The notes under the pieces: model-generated
Seen by the model: only the letters and a program-made list of their open reading frames with translations
Told to the model about the DNA's origin: nothing
The model's database searches: none
Shown: one piece after another, positions 51,062 to 61,268 of the stretch
How the letters are laid out: every line of letters begins with the position of its first letter
Numbering within the stretch: the first letter of the stretch is position 1
Program-made: the position numbers and the translations under genes
Source of the DNA: Geopsychrobacteraceae bacterium
GTDB taxonomy: Bacteria > Desulfobacterota > Desulfuromonadia > Desulfuromonadales > Geopsychrobacteraceae
NCBI GenBank assembly: GCA_963662315.1
Contig: OY759353.1
Location: 1,504,001 to 1,568,000 of the forward strand
Direction: 5' to 3'
Length of the DNA stretch: 64,000 nt

Positions 51062-52060
51062 ATGAAACAGACCGACATTTATCATAAGCCTCTACACCTT
51101 GTCCTTAAAGAACACCCTTATGTGGAAGACTTTCTGACCTCATTCGGGCTGAGTATTGATCCGGGACTAGAGAGTCTGCAACTCTACCTGGACACCCTGA
51201 ATCCCGACCTTCTCGAAGATTTAGGGGTTGACCACTCACAGCTGTGCCAAAGCCTTGATGATTTCCTAACCGGGATGCTGGCGTTGCAGGATCCCCTGGA
51301 TAAAGTTGATTCCCTTACGATCATCGGCGGACAGGACAAAAATGGTGCTCCTGAAAACATTGATCTGCACCTTACACCGGGACAGGTTATTTGCATTGTG
51401 GGTCCAACAGGCAGTGGCAAAAGCCGCCTGCTTGCCGATATCGAATGGGTCGCTCAGGGCGACACGCCAACGGGTCGCAAAATTCTGATTAACGGTCAGC
51501 CCCCTGAAAGTAAATGGCGTTTTTCGACTGAACACAAACTCGTTGCCCAACTTTCTCAGAACATGAATTTTGTTATGGATCTAACAGCAGAAGAATTCAT
51601 CCGCATGCATGCGGAGAGCCGCTTTGTGCCCCATGCTGAAGAGAAGATTCAACATATTCTGCAACAGGCCAATGAGCTTGCCGGAGAACGTTTTTCACCT
51701 CAAGCTCCTGTAACCTCCCTGAGTGGCGGTCAATCGCGCGCCCTGATGATTGCCGACATGGCATTTTTAAGCAAATCCCCAATTGCATTGATCGATGAAA
51801 TCGAAAATGCCGGTATCGATCGAAAAAAAGCATTAGAGCTGCTGGTCCGGGAAGAAAAAATAGTCCTCATGGCCACCCATGATCCGATATTGGCTCTGAT
51901 GGGGGACAAACGGCTCGTTATCAAAAATGGCGGGATCCATAAAATCATCGAATCAAGTCAGGCTGAACGGGAAAATCTGCGCCAGCTGGAAGAACTGGAC
52001 AACAAATTATTAGCACTTAGAAACCGGATTCGTTCCGGCGGGACCCTTGAACAGATTTAA
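51062..52060 (+). CDS. ABC ATPase with an N-terminal extension; no permease partner
   Basis: GPTGSGKS, LSGGQ, IALIDE, ATHD. ATG 51062 chosen as start. Confidence 0.85.
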   Translation: MKQTDIYHKPLHLVLKEHPYVEDFLTSFGLSIDPGLESLQLYLDTLNPDLLEDLGVDHSQLCQSLDDFLTGMLALQDPLDKVDSLTIIGGQDKNGAPENIDLHLTPGQVICIVGPTGSGKSRLLADIEWVAQGDTPTGRKILINGQPPESKWRFSTEHKLVAQLSQNMNFVMDLTAEEFIRMHAESRFVPHAEEKIQHILQQANELAGERFSPQAPVTSLSGGQSRALMIADMAFLSKSPIALIDEIENAGIDRKKALELLVREEKIVLMATHDPILALMGDKRLVIKNGGIHKIIESSQAERENLRQLEELDNKLLALRNRIRSGGTLEQI

Positions 52061-52072
52061 AAGGAGAACAGT

Positions 52073-52315
52073 ATGCACGATGGATGTCAGGGAAGTTTCA
52101 GTGGCGGCGCTCAAGTCGTCGACAAACTACGTCAAATGGGTTTTAGTCAGATGGCCATGCCGGTACCGGCTGAAATACAGTGCCACGGTTGTGGCAATGC
52201 ATTTATCATGCAGACAATGGAAGATAAATGCGATCATTGCGGTATGGTTTACGGCGTCACACCATGCCATGCCCACGACACACGGAGTATTCAGGCAGCT
52301 GGGATCAATTATTAA
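52073..52315 (+). CDS. Small Cys/His-rich zinc-ribbon-like protein
   Basis: AGGAG RBS; MHDGC...CHGC...CDHC...PCHAH. Confidence 0.8.
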   Translation: MHDGCQGSFSGGAQVVDKLRQMGFSQMAMPVPAEIQCHGCGNAFIMQTMEDKCDHCGMVYGVTPCHAHDTRSIQAAGINY

Positions 52316-52347
52316 ACCTAAATGAGAACATAGTCCCGGATTTACGA

Positions 52348-52998
52348 TTAAGCCGGGACTTTTCCAGCTTGATCACAAATAAATTTCCACAGATTTTCCT
52401 GAGTCTGTTTGTCCACAGGGTCAAACCGAATCCCGATTACCGGACCGTTGCCGGCCAACTCCTTCACTTTTTCTACCCAACAGATCTCTCCACTTAAAAT
52501 AAATTCACTGACGCAATGGGGAAGAAAAAATTTCAGCCGCAAGGAGTTTCGTACTTTAGGGCGCATCCGGCCTGATACAAGCTGAATACATGCACCTTCC
52601 ATGCTCAGATTCTGAAAAAATCCTTCAACCTCAGTTCCAGCATAAGCAATTCGACAACTGATAGGAGAATCAAACTCACAGCGAAAATGATCGCGGGCTC
52701 CGGTCATCATTCCTTGCAGAATTTTAAGAAACTGCTCGATACTCTTTTTACTTTCTATACGGCTAACAAGATTGTCGTGCAGGTGGCTATGTTCATCGAT
52801 GACTTCGTCAAGTAATTTACGATAACGAAAAAATCTTTTAAGCAGATCATTTCGGTCAAAGGTAAACCCATTGGATGAAACCAGAACATTATTAACCGGA
52901 ACCGTAGCCTCACAATGTTCACACCGAATTTGTGAAATTTCTGCGAGAAGCACTGACTTGATATATTTCTGACAACTGGGACACTTCATGATCAACAT
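52348..52998 (-). CDS. PilZ-domain protein with an N-terminal zinc ribbon
   Basis: CPSC..CEHC; RDHFR (RxxxR) and NLSMEG (N/DxSxxG). Confidence 0.85.
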   Translation of the reverse strand: MLIMKCPSCQKYIKSVLLAEISQIRCEHCEATVPVNNVLVSSNGFTFDRNDLLKRFFRYRKLLDEVIDEHSHLHDNLVSRIESKKSIEQFLKILQGMMTGARDHFRCEFDSPISCRIAYAGTEVEGFFQNLSMEGACIQLVSGRMRPKVRNSLRLKFFLPHCVSEFILSGEICWVEKVKELAGNGPVIGIRFDPVDKQTQENLWKFICDQAGKVPA

Positions 52999-53216
52999 AG
53001 CGTATTCTCCAGATATGACGAAATATCGTAGTAGTGAAAAAAAGCAAACCTCAACTGTGAGTCTGCTTCTTCACACGCAATTAATTAAAGACAGCCCTCC
53101 CTCAGCCCCTGCATTAACCTCAATTAACTTTACTATCGGATATAAAGAAAGACAAGTGACAAAATCATTTCACAAAGATCAATGAATTATCAAGCAGTGA
53201 ATTTTAAACAGGACAT

Positions 53217-53246
53217 AAAAAAAGCGGCAGAAACAATCTGCCGCTT
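53217..53246 (-). terminator. Terminator after rplI
   Basis: AAGCGGCAGA...TCTGCCGCTT stem plus a T run on the minus strand. Confidence 0.8.
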
Positions 53247-53277
53247 GAGGAACACATATAAAAAAGACCGATAAGAA

Positions 53278-53733
53278 TCAGGCTTCTTCCTGAGCTACAA
53301 CAACCTTGATATCAGCAACAATGCCAGCATCAAGCTTAATGGCGACAGCATGCTCACCAAGAGATTTGATGGCATCGCTCAGTTGAATCTTTTTACGATC
53401 AATTTCGATTCCGGCCTCTTTGAGTTTCGCTTCGATATCCATCGAGGTGACGGAACCAAACAATTTGCCTTCTTCACTGGCACGCTGAGAAAACTCACAA
53501 GTCACCTTTTCAATGCGTGCTTTAAGAGCCTGTGCATCCTGGGTAACTTTTTCGAGCTTACGAGCGAGTTGACGTTTCTGGTGTTCAAGAGCTTTAACGT
53601 TACGCTCATCAGCAATGCTGGCCAGACCTTGTGGGACAAGGTAGTTACGGGCATAACCGGCCTTGACACTAACAACATCACCAATCGTGCCGAGACCATC
53701 AATATTCTCTTTTAAAATGACATTGGTATTCAT
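53278..53733 (-). CDS. rplI: 50S ribosomal protein L9
   Basis: VKAGYARNYLVP, KLFGSVT. Confidence 0.97.
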   Translation of the reverse strand: MNTNVILKENIDGLGTIGDVVSVKAGYARNYLVPQGLASIADERNVKALEHQKRQLARKLEKVTQDAQALKARIEKVTCEFSQRASEEGKLFGSVTSMDIEAKLKEAGIEIDRKKIQLSDAIKSLGEHAVAIKLDAGIVADIKVVVAQEEA

Positions 53734-53759
53734 ATATCTCCTCCGTATCGGATCGAGTT

Positions 53760-54689
53760 CTAAATCTGTTTTTGTCGGGGTCGGCGAAAATCAATCCACA
53801 AATCGAATACGCCAACACTCGTTACAATGACGGGCAAGGGATTCACTACCAGCAGTAACAGGTAAAGCATCGACTTGACCGACCTGGGGTAATTTTTACG
53901 TCGTAAAAAATGATGAACGACAGCCAACCCCTGAAAAAAATACAATGGCAGCATAACCAGAAGAATGTTCCAGCCAATTGTCACAACAACTGCCTGAGGT
54001 ACAAACTGCAGGAAACCACCCACTATCAACAACCAGATCAAGTGCGGTGGGGTCCGCCAACGGGCAAAAGAGGGACCACTGATACTTTCCCCTTTAACCT
54101 TGACTCGCTGCAGAATCAACAGAGTAAGGGCCTGAATCGCGATAAGGGTTGCGAGATACAACCCGAAAAATCCACGTTTTACAAAAGCTCCCATGCTCTG
54201 AATGGCCTGCGACATTTCTTTGAGCTGGTCAGCAGACAATCCGGCTTTTTGGTACACAACCAGCGCCTGATCAACTTCAGACTGGACGACCTGATTGACA
54301 ATCCCGGTAATACTTACATTATTAATCACTACAGTGGCAAACATGATTGCCATAATGACAGCAGCCGTTCCGGCAGCCGTATACAATATAGCCTTATCCC
54401 ATGGAAATAAACGGTGCAGGAGATAGGGCAAAAGCAAAGATCCGATCCCAAACAGCCCAAGATAGGCCACAAGAGTGTAGGTTGACGCAAGCTCAATGAG
54501 TAACAGACAGGTCACAACAACAACAATAAGACTGGTCTTTACACCATACCGCATACCAAGATAAGCTGCAGGGAGTGGGGTCAGAAAGTTAATAAAAGCA
54601 CCAAAAGGGCCTAAAAAACTGACTCCAAGCAGGCAAACCAGAGTAATTCCGATTGCTGCAGCAGTAAATAGTAAGGGTTGAGCTAACAT
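53760..54689 (-). CDS. YybS / DUF2232 membrane protein
   Basis: Multi-TM; FFQGLAVV, GVFDLWIDFR; lies between rpsR and rplI. Confidence 0.85.
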   Translation of the reverse strand: MLAQPLLFTAAAIGITLVCLLGVSFLGPFGAFINFLTPLPAAYLGMRYGVKTSLIVVVVTCLLLIELASTYTLVAYLGLFGIGSLLLPYLLHRLFPWDKAILYTAAGTAAVIMAIMFATVVINNVSITGIVNQVVQSEVDQALVVYQKAGLSADQLKEMSQAIQSMGAFVKRGFFGLYLATLIAIQALTLLILQRVKVKGESISGPSFARWRTPPHLIWLLIVGGFLQFVPQAVVVTIGWNILLVMLPLYFFQGLAVVHHFLRRKNYPRSVKSMLYLLLLVVNPLPVIVTSVGVFDLWIDFRRPRQKQI

Positions 54690-54707
54690 CTCTTTGCTTA
54701 CAGCATC

Positions 54708-54980
54708 TTACAATGAGTGAGATGCGGAATACGGAAGCAGGGCAATCTGCCGAGCGTTTTTAATTGCTTCTGCAATCTGACGCTGGTGCAGAGCACAGGT
54801 ACCGGAGATACGACGGGGAACAATTTTACCGCGTTCAGTTAAATAGTAACGCAGATTATCTACGTCTTTATAGTCGATCCGATGGTTTTTATCAGCACAA
54901 TAACGGCAGATTTTACGACGACCAAAACGACGACGTGGAGCCGATGATGATGAAGGACGATCAGATTTTTCGTAAGCCAT
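54708..54980 (-). CDS. rpsR: 30S ribosomal protein S18 (zinc-binding C+ form)
   Basis: [28 protein letters not shown]. Confidence 0.97.
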   Translation of the reverse strand: MAYEKSDRPSSSSAPRRRFGRRKICRYCADKNHRIDYKDVDNLRYYLTERGKIVPRRISGTCALHQRQIAEAIKNARQIALLPYSASHSL

Positions 54981-55006
54981 GATATTATCTCCTGAAAGTT
55001 ATGCGT

Positions 55007-55369
55007 TTATTCTTCTTCGTCTGCGAAATCATCGTCTTCTTCGCGAGATACTGCTTTCGTAGCAGTTTCAGCAGCCTGGAAATCCCCCTCAACCTTAACA
55101 GTCAGGAAGCGCAGGATGTTTTCGTCAAGACGCAGACGACGTTCATATTCAGCGATAACTTCTGGCCCGGCAGTAAACAGGACCTGGACATAACAGCCAC
55201 GTTCAGCCTTTTTGATAGGGTAAGCAAGCTTACGCACTCCCCAATTGTCCAGTTTAAAGATCTCTGCCGACTGATCAGTCAGGATCGCCTGGAATTTCTC
55301 CACCAGGGCAGTCAGCTCGTCGCCAACAACTTCCGGGTGAATAATGTAGAGTGATTCATAGTTTCTCAT
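55007..55369 (-). CDS. rpsF: 30S ribosomal protein S6
   Basis: MRNYE, WGVRKLAYPI, ILRFL. Confidence 0.97.
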   Translation of the reverse strand: MRNYESLYIIHPEVVGDELTALVEKFQAILTDQSAEIFKLDNWGVRKLAYPIKKAERGCYVQVLFTAGPEVIAEYERRLRLDENILRFLTVKVEGDFQAAETATKAVSREEDDDFADEEE

Positions 55370-55375
55370 CTGTGA

Positions 55376-55426
55376 TTCTCCTCACGGGTTTACAGCCCCA
55401 TCAGTTTCTTGATTGGAGCAAGGATT
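55376..55426 (-). ncRNA. S6:S18 ribosomal leader (autoregulatory RNA)
   Basis: Minus strand TCCTTGCTCC-aatcaagaaactgat-GGGGC-tgtaaa-CCCG-tgAGGAG: the stem pairs with the RBS and has CCG in the internal loop. Confidence 0.7.
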
Positions 55427-55564
55427 TATCCAAAGCCACCATAGCTCAGGACGAAAGTACTGCTTCTAGCACAAGCTTCTCTATTTTTCAAGTTTATTCA
55501 AGCCACTTACGCAATCATTTCATATAGCCGCCTGAATAGACTAAAAAGCTTTGAAAGATCTTTC

Positions 55565-56659
55565 CTAAACATTAAAGCGGAAGTGCATAATATCACCGTC
55601 TATAACGCGATACTCCTTACCTTCGAGCCTCAGCAAGCCCTTTTCTTTTGCTCCACTTTCACCTCCTGCCTGAAGATAATCTTTAAAAGCGGTAACCTCA
55701 GCCCGGATGAAACCTTTTTCGAAGTCAGTATGAATAACTCCAGCGGCCTGGGGAGCCAATGCTCCGTCAGGAATTGTCCAGGCCCTGACTTCTTTAACCC
55801 CGGCAGTAAAGTAGGTAATAAGTCCCAGCAATTTATATCCAGCATGAATCATACGATCAAGGCCTGATTCCTGCAAACCAAGCTCACTAAGAAAGTCAGC
55901 CTTCTCATCAGCGTCAAGTTCGGCAATTTCCGACTCAATTTTGCCACAGATGGTCACCATTTCAGCCCCCTCGGAGTCAGCATGGGCTTTTACGGTAGCG
56001 ACAAACGGGTGAGTTCCCTCAAGGTCATCCTCAGCGACATTGGCCACGTACAGAACCGGCTTCATGGTTATCAGATGCAATTCAGCAACTAGCTTGCGCT
56101 CATCAGCATCAAGTGCGACTGAGCGCGCCGGAGCCCCTTCATTAAGAGCTGCAGCAAGTTTTTCCAAAACGGTTATCTCAGCCTGAAGCTTTTTATCTCC
56201 ACTTTTAGCCTGTTTCTTGCCGCGAACAATCCGCTTGTCAATACTTTCCAGGTCAGCAAGATTCAGCTCCGTCTGGATAACTTCGATATCACGCAGAGGA
56301 TCAACAGAACCGTCGACATGAATCACATTATCGTCGTCAAAGCAGCGCACAATATGGGCAATAGCATCAACCTGCCGGATATGCCCCAAAAACTGATTCC
56401 CTAACCCCTCCCCCTTACTGGCGCCACGAACCAGGCCGGCAATGTCGACAAACTCCATGGAGGTCGGAAGAATATTCTGAGGGTGCACGATTTCAGCTAA
56501 TTGTTGCAGCCGTGGGTCAGGGACAGCAACCACCCCGACATTTGGTTCAATCGTGCAAAACGGGTAGTTTGCCGATTCAGCACCGGCAGAAGTGATGGCA
56601 TTGAATATTGTCGATTTACCGACATTCGGCAGCCCGACGATCCCACATTTAAATCCCAT
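55565..56659 (-). CDS. ychF: Ribosome-binding ATPase YchF
   Basis: [41 protein letters not shown]. Start MGFKC at 56659. Confidence 0.97.
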   Translation of the reverse strand: MGFKCGIVGLPNVGKSTIFNAITSAGAESANYPFCTIEPNVGVVAVPDPRLQQLAEIVHPQNILPTSMEFVDIAGLVRGASKGEGLGNQFLGHIRQVDAIAHIVRCFDDDNVIHVDGSVDPLRDIEVIQTELNLADLESIDKRIVRGKKQAKSGDKKLQAEITVLEKLAAALNEGAPARSVALDADERKLVAELHLITMKPVLYVANVAEDDLEGTHPFVATVKAHADSEGAEMVTICGKIESEIAELDADEKADFLSELGLQESGLDRMIHAGYKLLGLITYFTAGVKEVRAWTIPDGALAPQAAGVIHTDFEKGFIRAEVTAFKDYLQAGGESGAKEKGLLRLEGKEYRVIDGDIMHFRFNV

Positions 56660-56679
56660 ATCTATTTTCCTTGAAAAAC

Positions 56680-56709
56680 TGATAGCCGGGGCAACAACCC
56701 CGGCTATCA
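56680..56709 (-). terminator. Strong hairpin / terminator after hppA
   Basis: TGATAGCCGGGG-N6-CCCCGGCTATCA (12-bp stem) followed by GTTTTT on the minus strand. Confidence 0.6.
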
Positions 56710-56741
56710 CGTGCAATGTTATTGAATTAAAAAGTAGCTTT

Positions 56742-58757
56742 TCAGATCAGTAGTGGAGCAATAACCAATGAAACAACACTCATCAGTTTGATAAGAATAT
56801 TCATTGCCGGGCCAGAAGTATCCTTAAAGGGGTCACCAACCGTGTCACCAATAACGGCAGCAGCGTGTGCCTCACCACCCTTACTTTCACCTTCAAGCTG
56901 TCCACTTTCGATATACTTCTTAGCGTTATCCCAGGCACCGCCACCATTGGACATCATCAGTGCGAGCAGAACCCCGGCCAGGGTAGCACCGGCCAGCATG
57001 CCGCCGAGAGCCTCTTTACCGAGAAGAAAGCCAACCAGAACCGGTGCTACAACAGCAACAACCCCTGGCAGGATCATTTCTTTAAGGGCAGCCCGAGCGG
57101 AGATATCAACGCAGCGCTGAGAGTCAGGTTTAACACCCTCAACACCATCCAGAAGACCTGGAGTCTCACGGAATTGACGGCGAATTTCATCAACCATGGC
57201 TCCAGCAGCCCGGCCGACACTGGTCATGGTCAAAGCACCGATGAAAAATGGCAATGCACCACCAATCAACAGGCCGATAACAACCATCGGGTCGATCAGG
57301 TTAATGGAATCAAGACCAACCGTTGTAGCATAAGCAGAGAACAAGGCCAGGGCAGTCAATGCAGCAGAACCGATAGCAAACCCCTTACCGATGGCAGCAG
57401 TAGTATTACCGATAGCGTCAAGACCATCCGTAATTTTGCGCACATCGGGACCGAGACCCGCCATTTCAGAAATACCGCCAGCATTATCAGCAATCGGGCC
57501 GTAAGCATCAACGGTCATGGTAACCCCAACTGTAGCCAGCATACCAACAGCGGCGATACCGATACCGTAGAGCCCAGCAAAGTAGTTGGCGACAAAAATG
57601 CCGATACAGATGATCAGAATCGGCAGCGCGGTCGATTCGAGACCGACGGCAAGACCATGAATAATGTTGGTAGCAGGGCCAGTTTTACTGGCTTCAGCAA
57701 TACGTGCCACCGGAGTGTGTGCGGTGTAATATTCGGTAATCTGACCAATAGCAATACCCGCCAAAGTACCGGCAAGAATAGCCCAGAAAATACCTATAGT
57801 AAGACCCACCACGAGAATATAAATCAGAGCGGCAACCAGAAACCCGGCAGCGGCAACAAAGGTGGTGTAGTGCAAAGCTTTGGCCGGATCTTTTCCCTTA
57901 AGAACCTTCATGGAAGCAATACCGATCAGCGAGAACACCAGGCCGAGCATCGCAAGGGCCAATGGCAAGAGCATCGCGCTTGATTGTACTGTGGCACCAA
58001 CACCAAGCTTGGCAAGCAGTTCCGGCCCGGCCGCAGCAGCAATAGCCATAGTCGCAATAATTGATCCAACGTAGGATTCAAAAATATCGGCACCCATACC
58101 AGCGGTATCGCCAACACAGTCACCGACATTGTCTGCAATTACACCGGGATTACGTGGATCATCCTCGGGAATCCCTGCTTCAACTTTACCAACCAGGTCA
58201 GCACCAACGTCAGCAGCCTTTGTGTAAATTCCGCCACCGACACGGGCAAACAGTGCAATTGAGGACGCCCCCATCGCGAAACCGTTGATATATTTTGCTG
58301 ATTCAGGGTTACCACCAAAGAAGATATAAGCGATCCCGACACCGACCAGACCAAGAGACGCAACAGCAAGACCCATAACAGCGCCGCCGTTAAAAGACAC
58401 CTCAAGAGCCTTAGCCTGACCATGAGCGCGCGCTGCCTCAGAAGTACGGACATTGGCCCGGGTCGCAGCTTTCATACCGATGAAGCCACAGGTCATAGAG
58501 CAAATAGCACCACCGACAAATGCAACGGCCGTTTTCCAGCTCATCGCAATTGCGATAAGAACAAACACCACTACGATAAAAATAGCAAGAACGCGGTATT
58601 CCCGACCAAGGAACGCCATAGCACCATCATGGATATCATCAGAAATCTCACGCATTCTTTCATTGCCGACCGGTTGTGCCTTAACAATTCGATAAAGCAC
58701 GATCGCGATCACAAATCCAACCACCCCGAAAATAGGAGCCCACATTTGCAGTTGCAT
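56742..58757 (-). CDS. hppA: Membrane-integral pyrophosphatase, K+-dependent, probably Na+-pumping
   Basis: [49 protein letters not shown]. Confidence 0.93.
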   Translation of the reverse strand: MQLQMWAPIFGVVGFVIAIVLYRIVKAQPVGNERMREISDDIHDGAMAFLGREYRVLAIFIVVVFVLIAIAMSWKTAVAFVGGAICSMTCGFIGMKAATRANVRTSEAARAHGQAKALEVSFNGGAVMGLAVASLGLVGVGIAYIFFGGNPESAKYINGFAMGASSIALFARVGGGIYTKAADVGADLVGKVEAGIPEDDPRNPGVIADNVGDCVGDTAGMGADIFESYVGSIIATMAIAAAAGPELLAKLGVGATVQSSAMLLPLALAMLGLVFSLIGIASMKVLKGKDPAKALHYTTFVAAAGFLVAALIYILVVGLTIGIFWAILAGTLAGIAIGQITEYYTAHTPVARIAEASKTGPATNIIHGLAVGLESTALPILIICIGIFVANYFAGLYGIGIAAVGMLATVGVTMTVDAYGPIADNAGGISEMAGLGPDVRKITDGLDAIGNTTAAIGKGFAIGSAALTALALFSAYATTVGLDSINLIDPMVVIGLLIGGALPFFIGALTMTSVGRAAGAMVDEIRRQFRETPGLLDGVEGVKPDSQRCVDISARAALKEMILPGVVAVVAPVLVGFLLGKEALGGMLAGATLAGVLLALMMSNGGGAWDNAKKYIESGQLEGESKGGEAHAAAVIGDTVGDPFKDTSGPAMNILIKLMSVVSLVIAPLLI

Positions 58758-58792
58758 CTGTCCCTGCCTCTCTTCTGTTTTGTTGTTATAAG

Positions 58793-59365
58793 TTATTCGA
58801 CCAGGTTAAAATTATTAAACGTATTCATGGCATCGAATACGCCGTCCGCCAAGATTTTTTCACTTGCCTGGGCTGCCGCGTCTAGCAGGTACGGTAACAA
58901 TTTTTGCTCATTACTGCTGAAAGAACTTAAAACATGCCCAGTAACATCACCAAATTCAGGTCGGCCAATACCCACACGTACCCGGATAAAATCTTTTACG
59001 CCAAGCACGGCAATGATATCACGGATACCGTTATGTCCACCGTGGCCCCCTTCTTTTTTGATACGTAGCCGACCGAAAGGCAAATCAAGATCGTCATAGA
59101 TGACAATCAAATCCCCCGGTGGTATGCCGAGGGATCGATAAGCGGCATTGACGCTAGCGCCACTATTATTCATAAAAGTCTGAGGCAACAAAACTGTCGC
59201 CTGCTCGGTCGCAATGCGACCGACGCCATAGACCCCCTGGTAACCACTTTTTTTTATTGCAATCTGATTCTGTCGGGCAACGTGTTCAGCAACCATAAAA
59301 CCGACATTGTGACGTGTCGATTCATATTTTTTACCCGGGTTCCCCAACCCGACCAGCAACTTCAC
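58793..59365 (-). CDS. pth: Peptidyl-tRNA hydrolase
   Basis: GLGNPG, TRHNVG, GGHNG, RVGIGRP. Confidence 0.97.
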   Translation of the reverse strand: MKLLVGLGNPGKKYESTRHNVGFMVAEHVARQNQIAIKKSGYQGVYGVGRIATEQATVLLPQTFMNNSGASVNAAYRSLGIPPGDLIVIYDDLDLPFGRLRIKKEGGHGGHNGIRDIIAVLGVKDFIRVRVGIGRPEFGDVTGHVLSSFSSNEQKLLPYLLDAAAQASEKILADGVFDAMNTFNNFNLVE

Positions 59366-59392
59366 AATAACCTCAATGGCCCGTCAAACAAA

Positions 59393-59989
59393 TTACTCAG
59401 CAGCTTCTTCTTCAGTTTCTTCGGTTTGCGCTTTGTGACCAACAATGGTAACAACTGTAAAGTTAACATCAAAAACCAAGTCAACGTTAGCTGGGGCCTT
59501 AACTTCTTCAATATGAATTGTGTCTCCAATTTCCAAAGCAGTTACATCGACCTCAATGTGTTGAGGAACCTCTGTAGGCAGACACATAACTTCGAGTTCA
59601 TGACGAATCAGCTGCAGTGAGCCACCCATCTTTTGGCCAGCCGATGTACCTACGGTCACGACTGGAATCATGAAAGAGGATTTTTCCTGCAGATCAATTG
59701 CCTGAAAATCGGCACAGATCATCTCTCTTCGCAAAGGATGCAGGTCAGCATCTTTCAAAACAACCATTGTGCCTTCAAGCCCGGCAACGCCCTTGAGAGT
59801 CAACAGGGTATTCATACCAGCTTCACCGGAAAGCGCGACTTCCAATTCCTTAGGGCTGACAACAATTGGTGTTGGCTCAATCTGCTTGCCGTAGACAACA
59901 GCAGGGATCTTGCCAACCGCACGCAGCTTCCGTGCTACACCTTTACCGGTACCTTCGCGTAATTCAATATTAAGTTCTGCTTGAGCCAT
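59393..59989 (-). CDS. rplY: 50S ribosomal protein L25/Ctc
   Basis: GKGVARKLR, IPAVVYG, C-terminal beta domain. Confidence 0.95.
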   Translation of the reverse strand: MAQAELNIELREGTGKGVARKLRAVGKIPAVVYGKQIEPTPIVVSPKELEVALSGEAGMNTLLTLKGVAGLEGTMVVLKDADLHPLRREMICADFQAIDLQEKSSFMIPVVTVGTSAGQKMGGSLQLIRHELEVMCLPTEVPQHIEVDVTALEIGDTIHIEEVKAPANVDLVFDVNFTVVTIVGHKAQTEETEEEAAE

Positions 59990-60040
59990 CTATTTTTCCT
60001 CCATTTCAATGGTTCTGTAATAATTAGCCAATAATTCCGA

Positions 60041-60979
60041 TCAAACAAAAAGAGAGCTGACAGATTCAGCGTTATGAATGCGACGAATAGCTTCAGCCAG
60101 CAAATGACTGACAGGCAGAGTTGCCAGACGATCGCATTTTTCAATTTTGTCGGCTGTCGGAATCGTATCTGTAACGAATACCTTTTTCAATGCACTTTGA
60201 GAGATTCTGTCCAGAGCAGGTCCGGACAATACGCCGTGGGTTGCACACGCATAAACATCGGTAGCGCCATGTTCCTGCAAGGCCTTGGCTGCAGTGCACA
60301 GAGTACCGGCGGTGTCGATCATGTCGTCAATAATAACGCAGGGCTTACCTTTTACATCACCGATAATGTGCATCACTTCAGACACATTGGGCCCACTGCG
60401 TCTTTTATCGATAATAGCCAGTCCGGCATCCAGCCTTTTGGCGAAGGCTCTGGCACGTTCCGTACCACCGGCGTCAGGAGAAACAACCACCATATCACCG
60501 AGATTCTGTCTTCTGATTTCATCCAGCATAACCGGTGCCGCATAAAGATGATCAACAGGAAGGTTAAAAAAGCCTTGGATTTGGCCAGCGTGAAGATCCA
60601 TGGTCAGCAGGCGATCAATACCAGCTACCGACATCAGGTCAGCGACAAGCTTGGCGGTAATTGGTGCCCGTGGAGCAACCTTACGATCCTGACGCGCATA
60701 TCCGAAATACGGAACGACAGCATTGATGCGTGACGCCGAGGCTCTTTTCAGAGCATCGACCATGACCAGCAGCTCCATAAGATTAGTATTTGCCGGAGAG
60801 CATGTTGATTGAATAACATAGACATCCCGACCTCGCACATTCTCACCCAATTCAACCATAACTTCTCCATCGGAGAAGGTACGGACTTTGGCACTGCCCA
60901 ACTCGACGGAGAGGTGCCGGCAGATATCTCGGGCCAGTGGTTCATTTGAATTACCAGCAAAAATCTTTATCATGCTCAC
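60041..60979 (-). CDS. prs: Ribose-phosphate pyrophosphokinase
   Basis: [31 protein letters not shown]. Confidence 0.97.
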   Translation of the reverse strand: MSMIKIFAGNSNEPLARDICRHLSVELGSAKVRTFSDGEVMVELGENVRGRDVYVIQSTCSPANTNLMELLVMVDALKRASASRINAVVPYFGYARQDRKVAPRAPITAKLVADLMSVAGIDRLLTMDLHAGQIQGFFNLPVDHLYAAPVMLDEIRRQNLGDMVVVSPDAGGTERARAFAKRLDAGLAIIDKRRSGPNVSEVMHIIGDVKGKPCVIIDDMIDTAGTLCTAAKALQEHGATDVYACATHGVLSGPALDRISQSALKKVFVTDTIPTADKIEKCDRLATLPVSHLLAEAIRRIHNAESVSSLFV

Positions 60980-61103
60980 AGGTCTACCTATACGCGGAAA
61001 TATTAAACAGGGTTCTTAAAACATAAAAAGGCCAGTCCCCGTATCGACATCCGCAGACTAACCGCTTGCTTACAAGTCTTAACTTTATATATACAAGTTT
61101 GCG

Positions 61104-61178
61104 TGGCTGGGGCGCCAGGATTCGAACCTGGGAATGCCGGAATCAAAATCCGGTGCCTTACCGCTTGGCGACGCCCCA
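61104..61178 (-). tRNA. tRNA-Gln(TTG)
   Basis: TGGGGCGTCGCCAAGCGGTAAGGCACCGGATTTTGATTCCGGCATTCCCAGGTTCGAATCCTGGCGCCCCAGCCA: cloverleaf with encoded CCA, in the conserved ispE-tRNA-prs position. Confidence 0.97.
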
Positions 61179-61268
61179 ACAATCAACCTCTTATAGCAGA
61201 ACTCAGACAATTATCCTAGCGATAATCCCGCCTTTCTCCATATAAAGAAAAAGCCATAGATAATTCAC

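Noticed and set aside
56865..57983. Long antisense ORFs (372 aa opposite hppA; also 40113-41021, 47257-48057, 38109-38807)
   Set aside because: Shadow frames of well-conserved genes, with no motifs or RBS.
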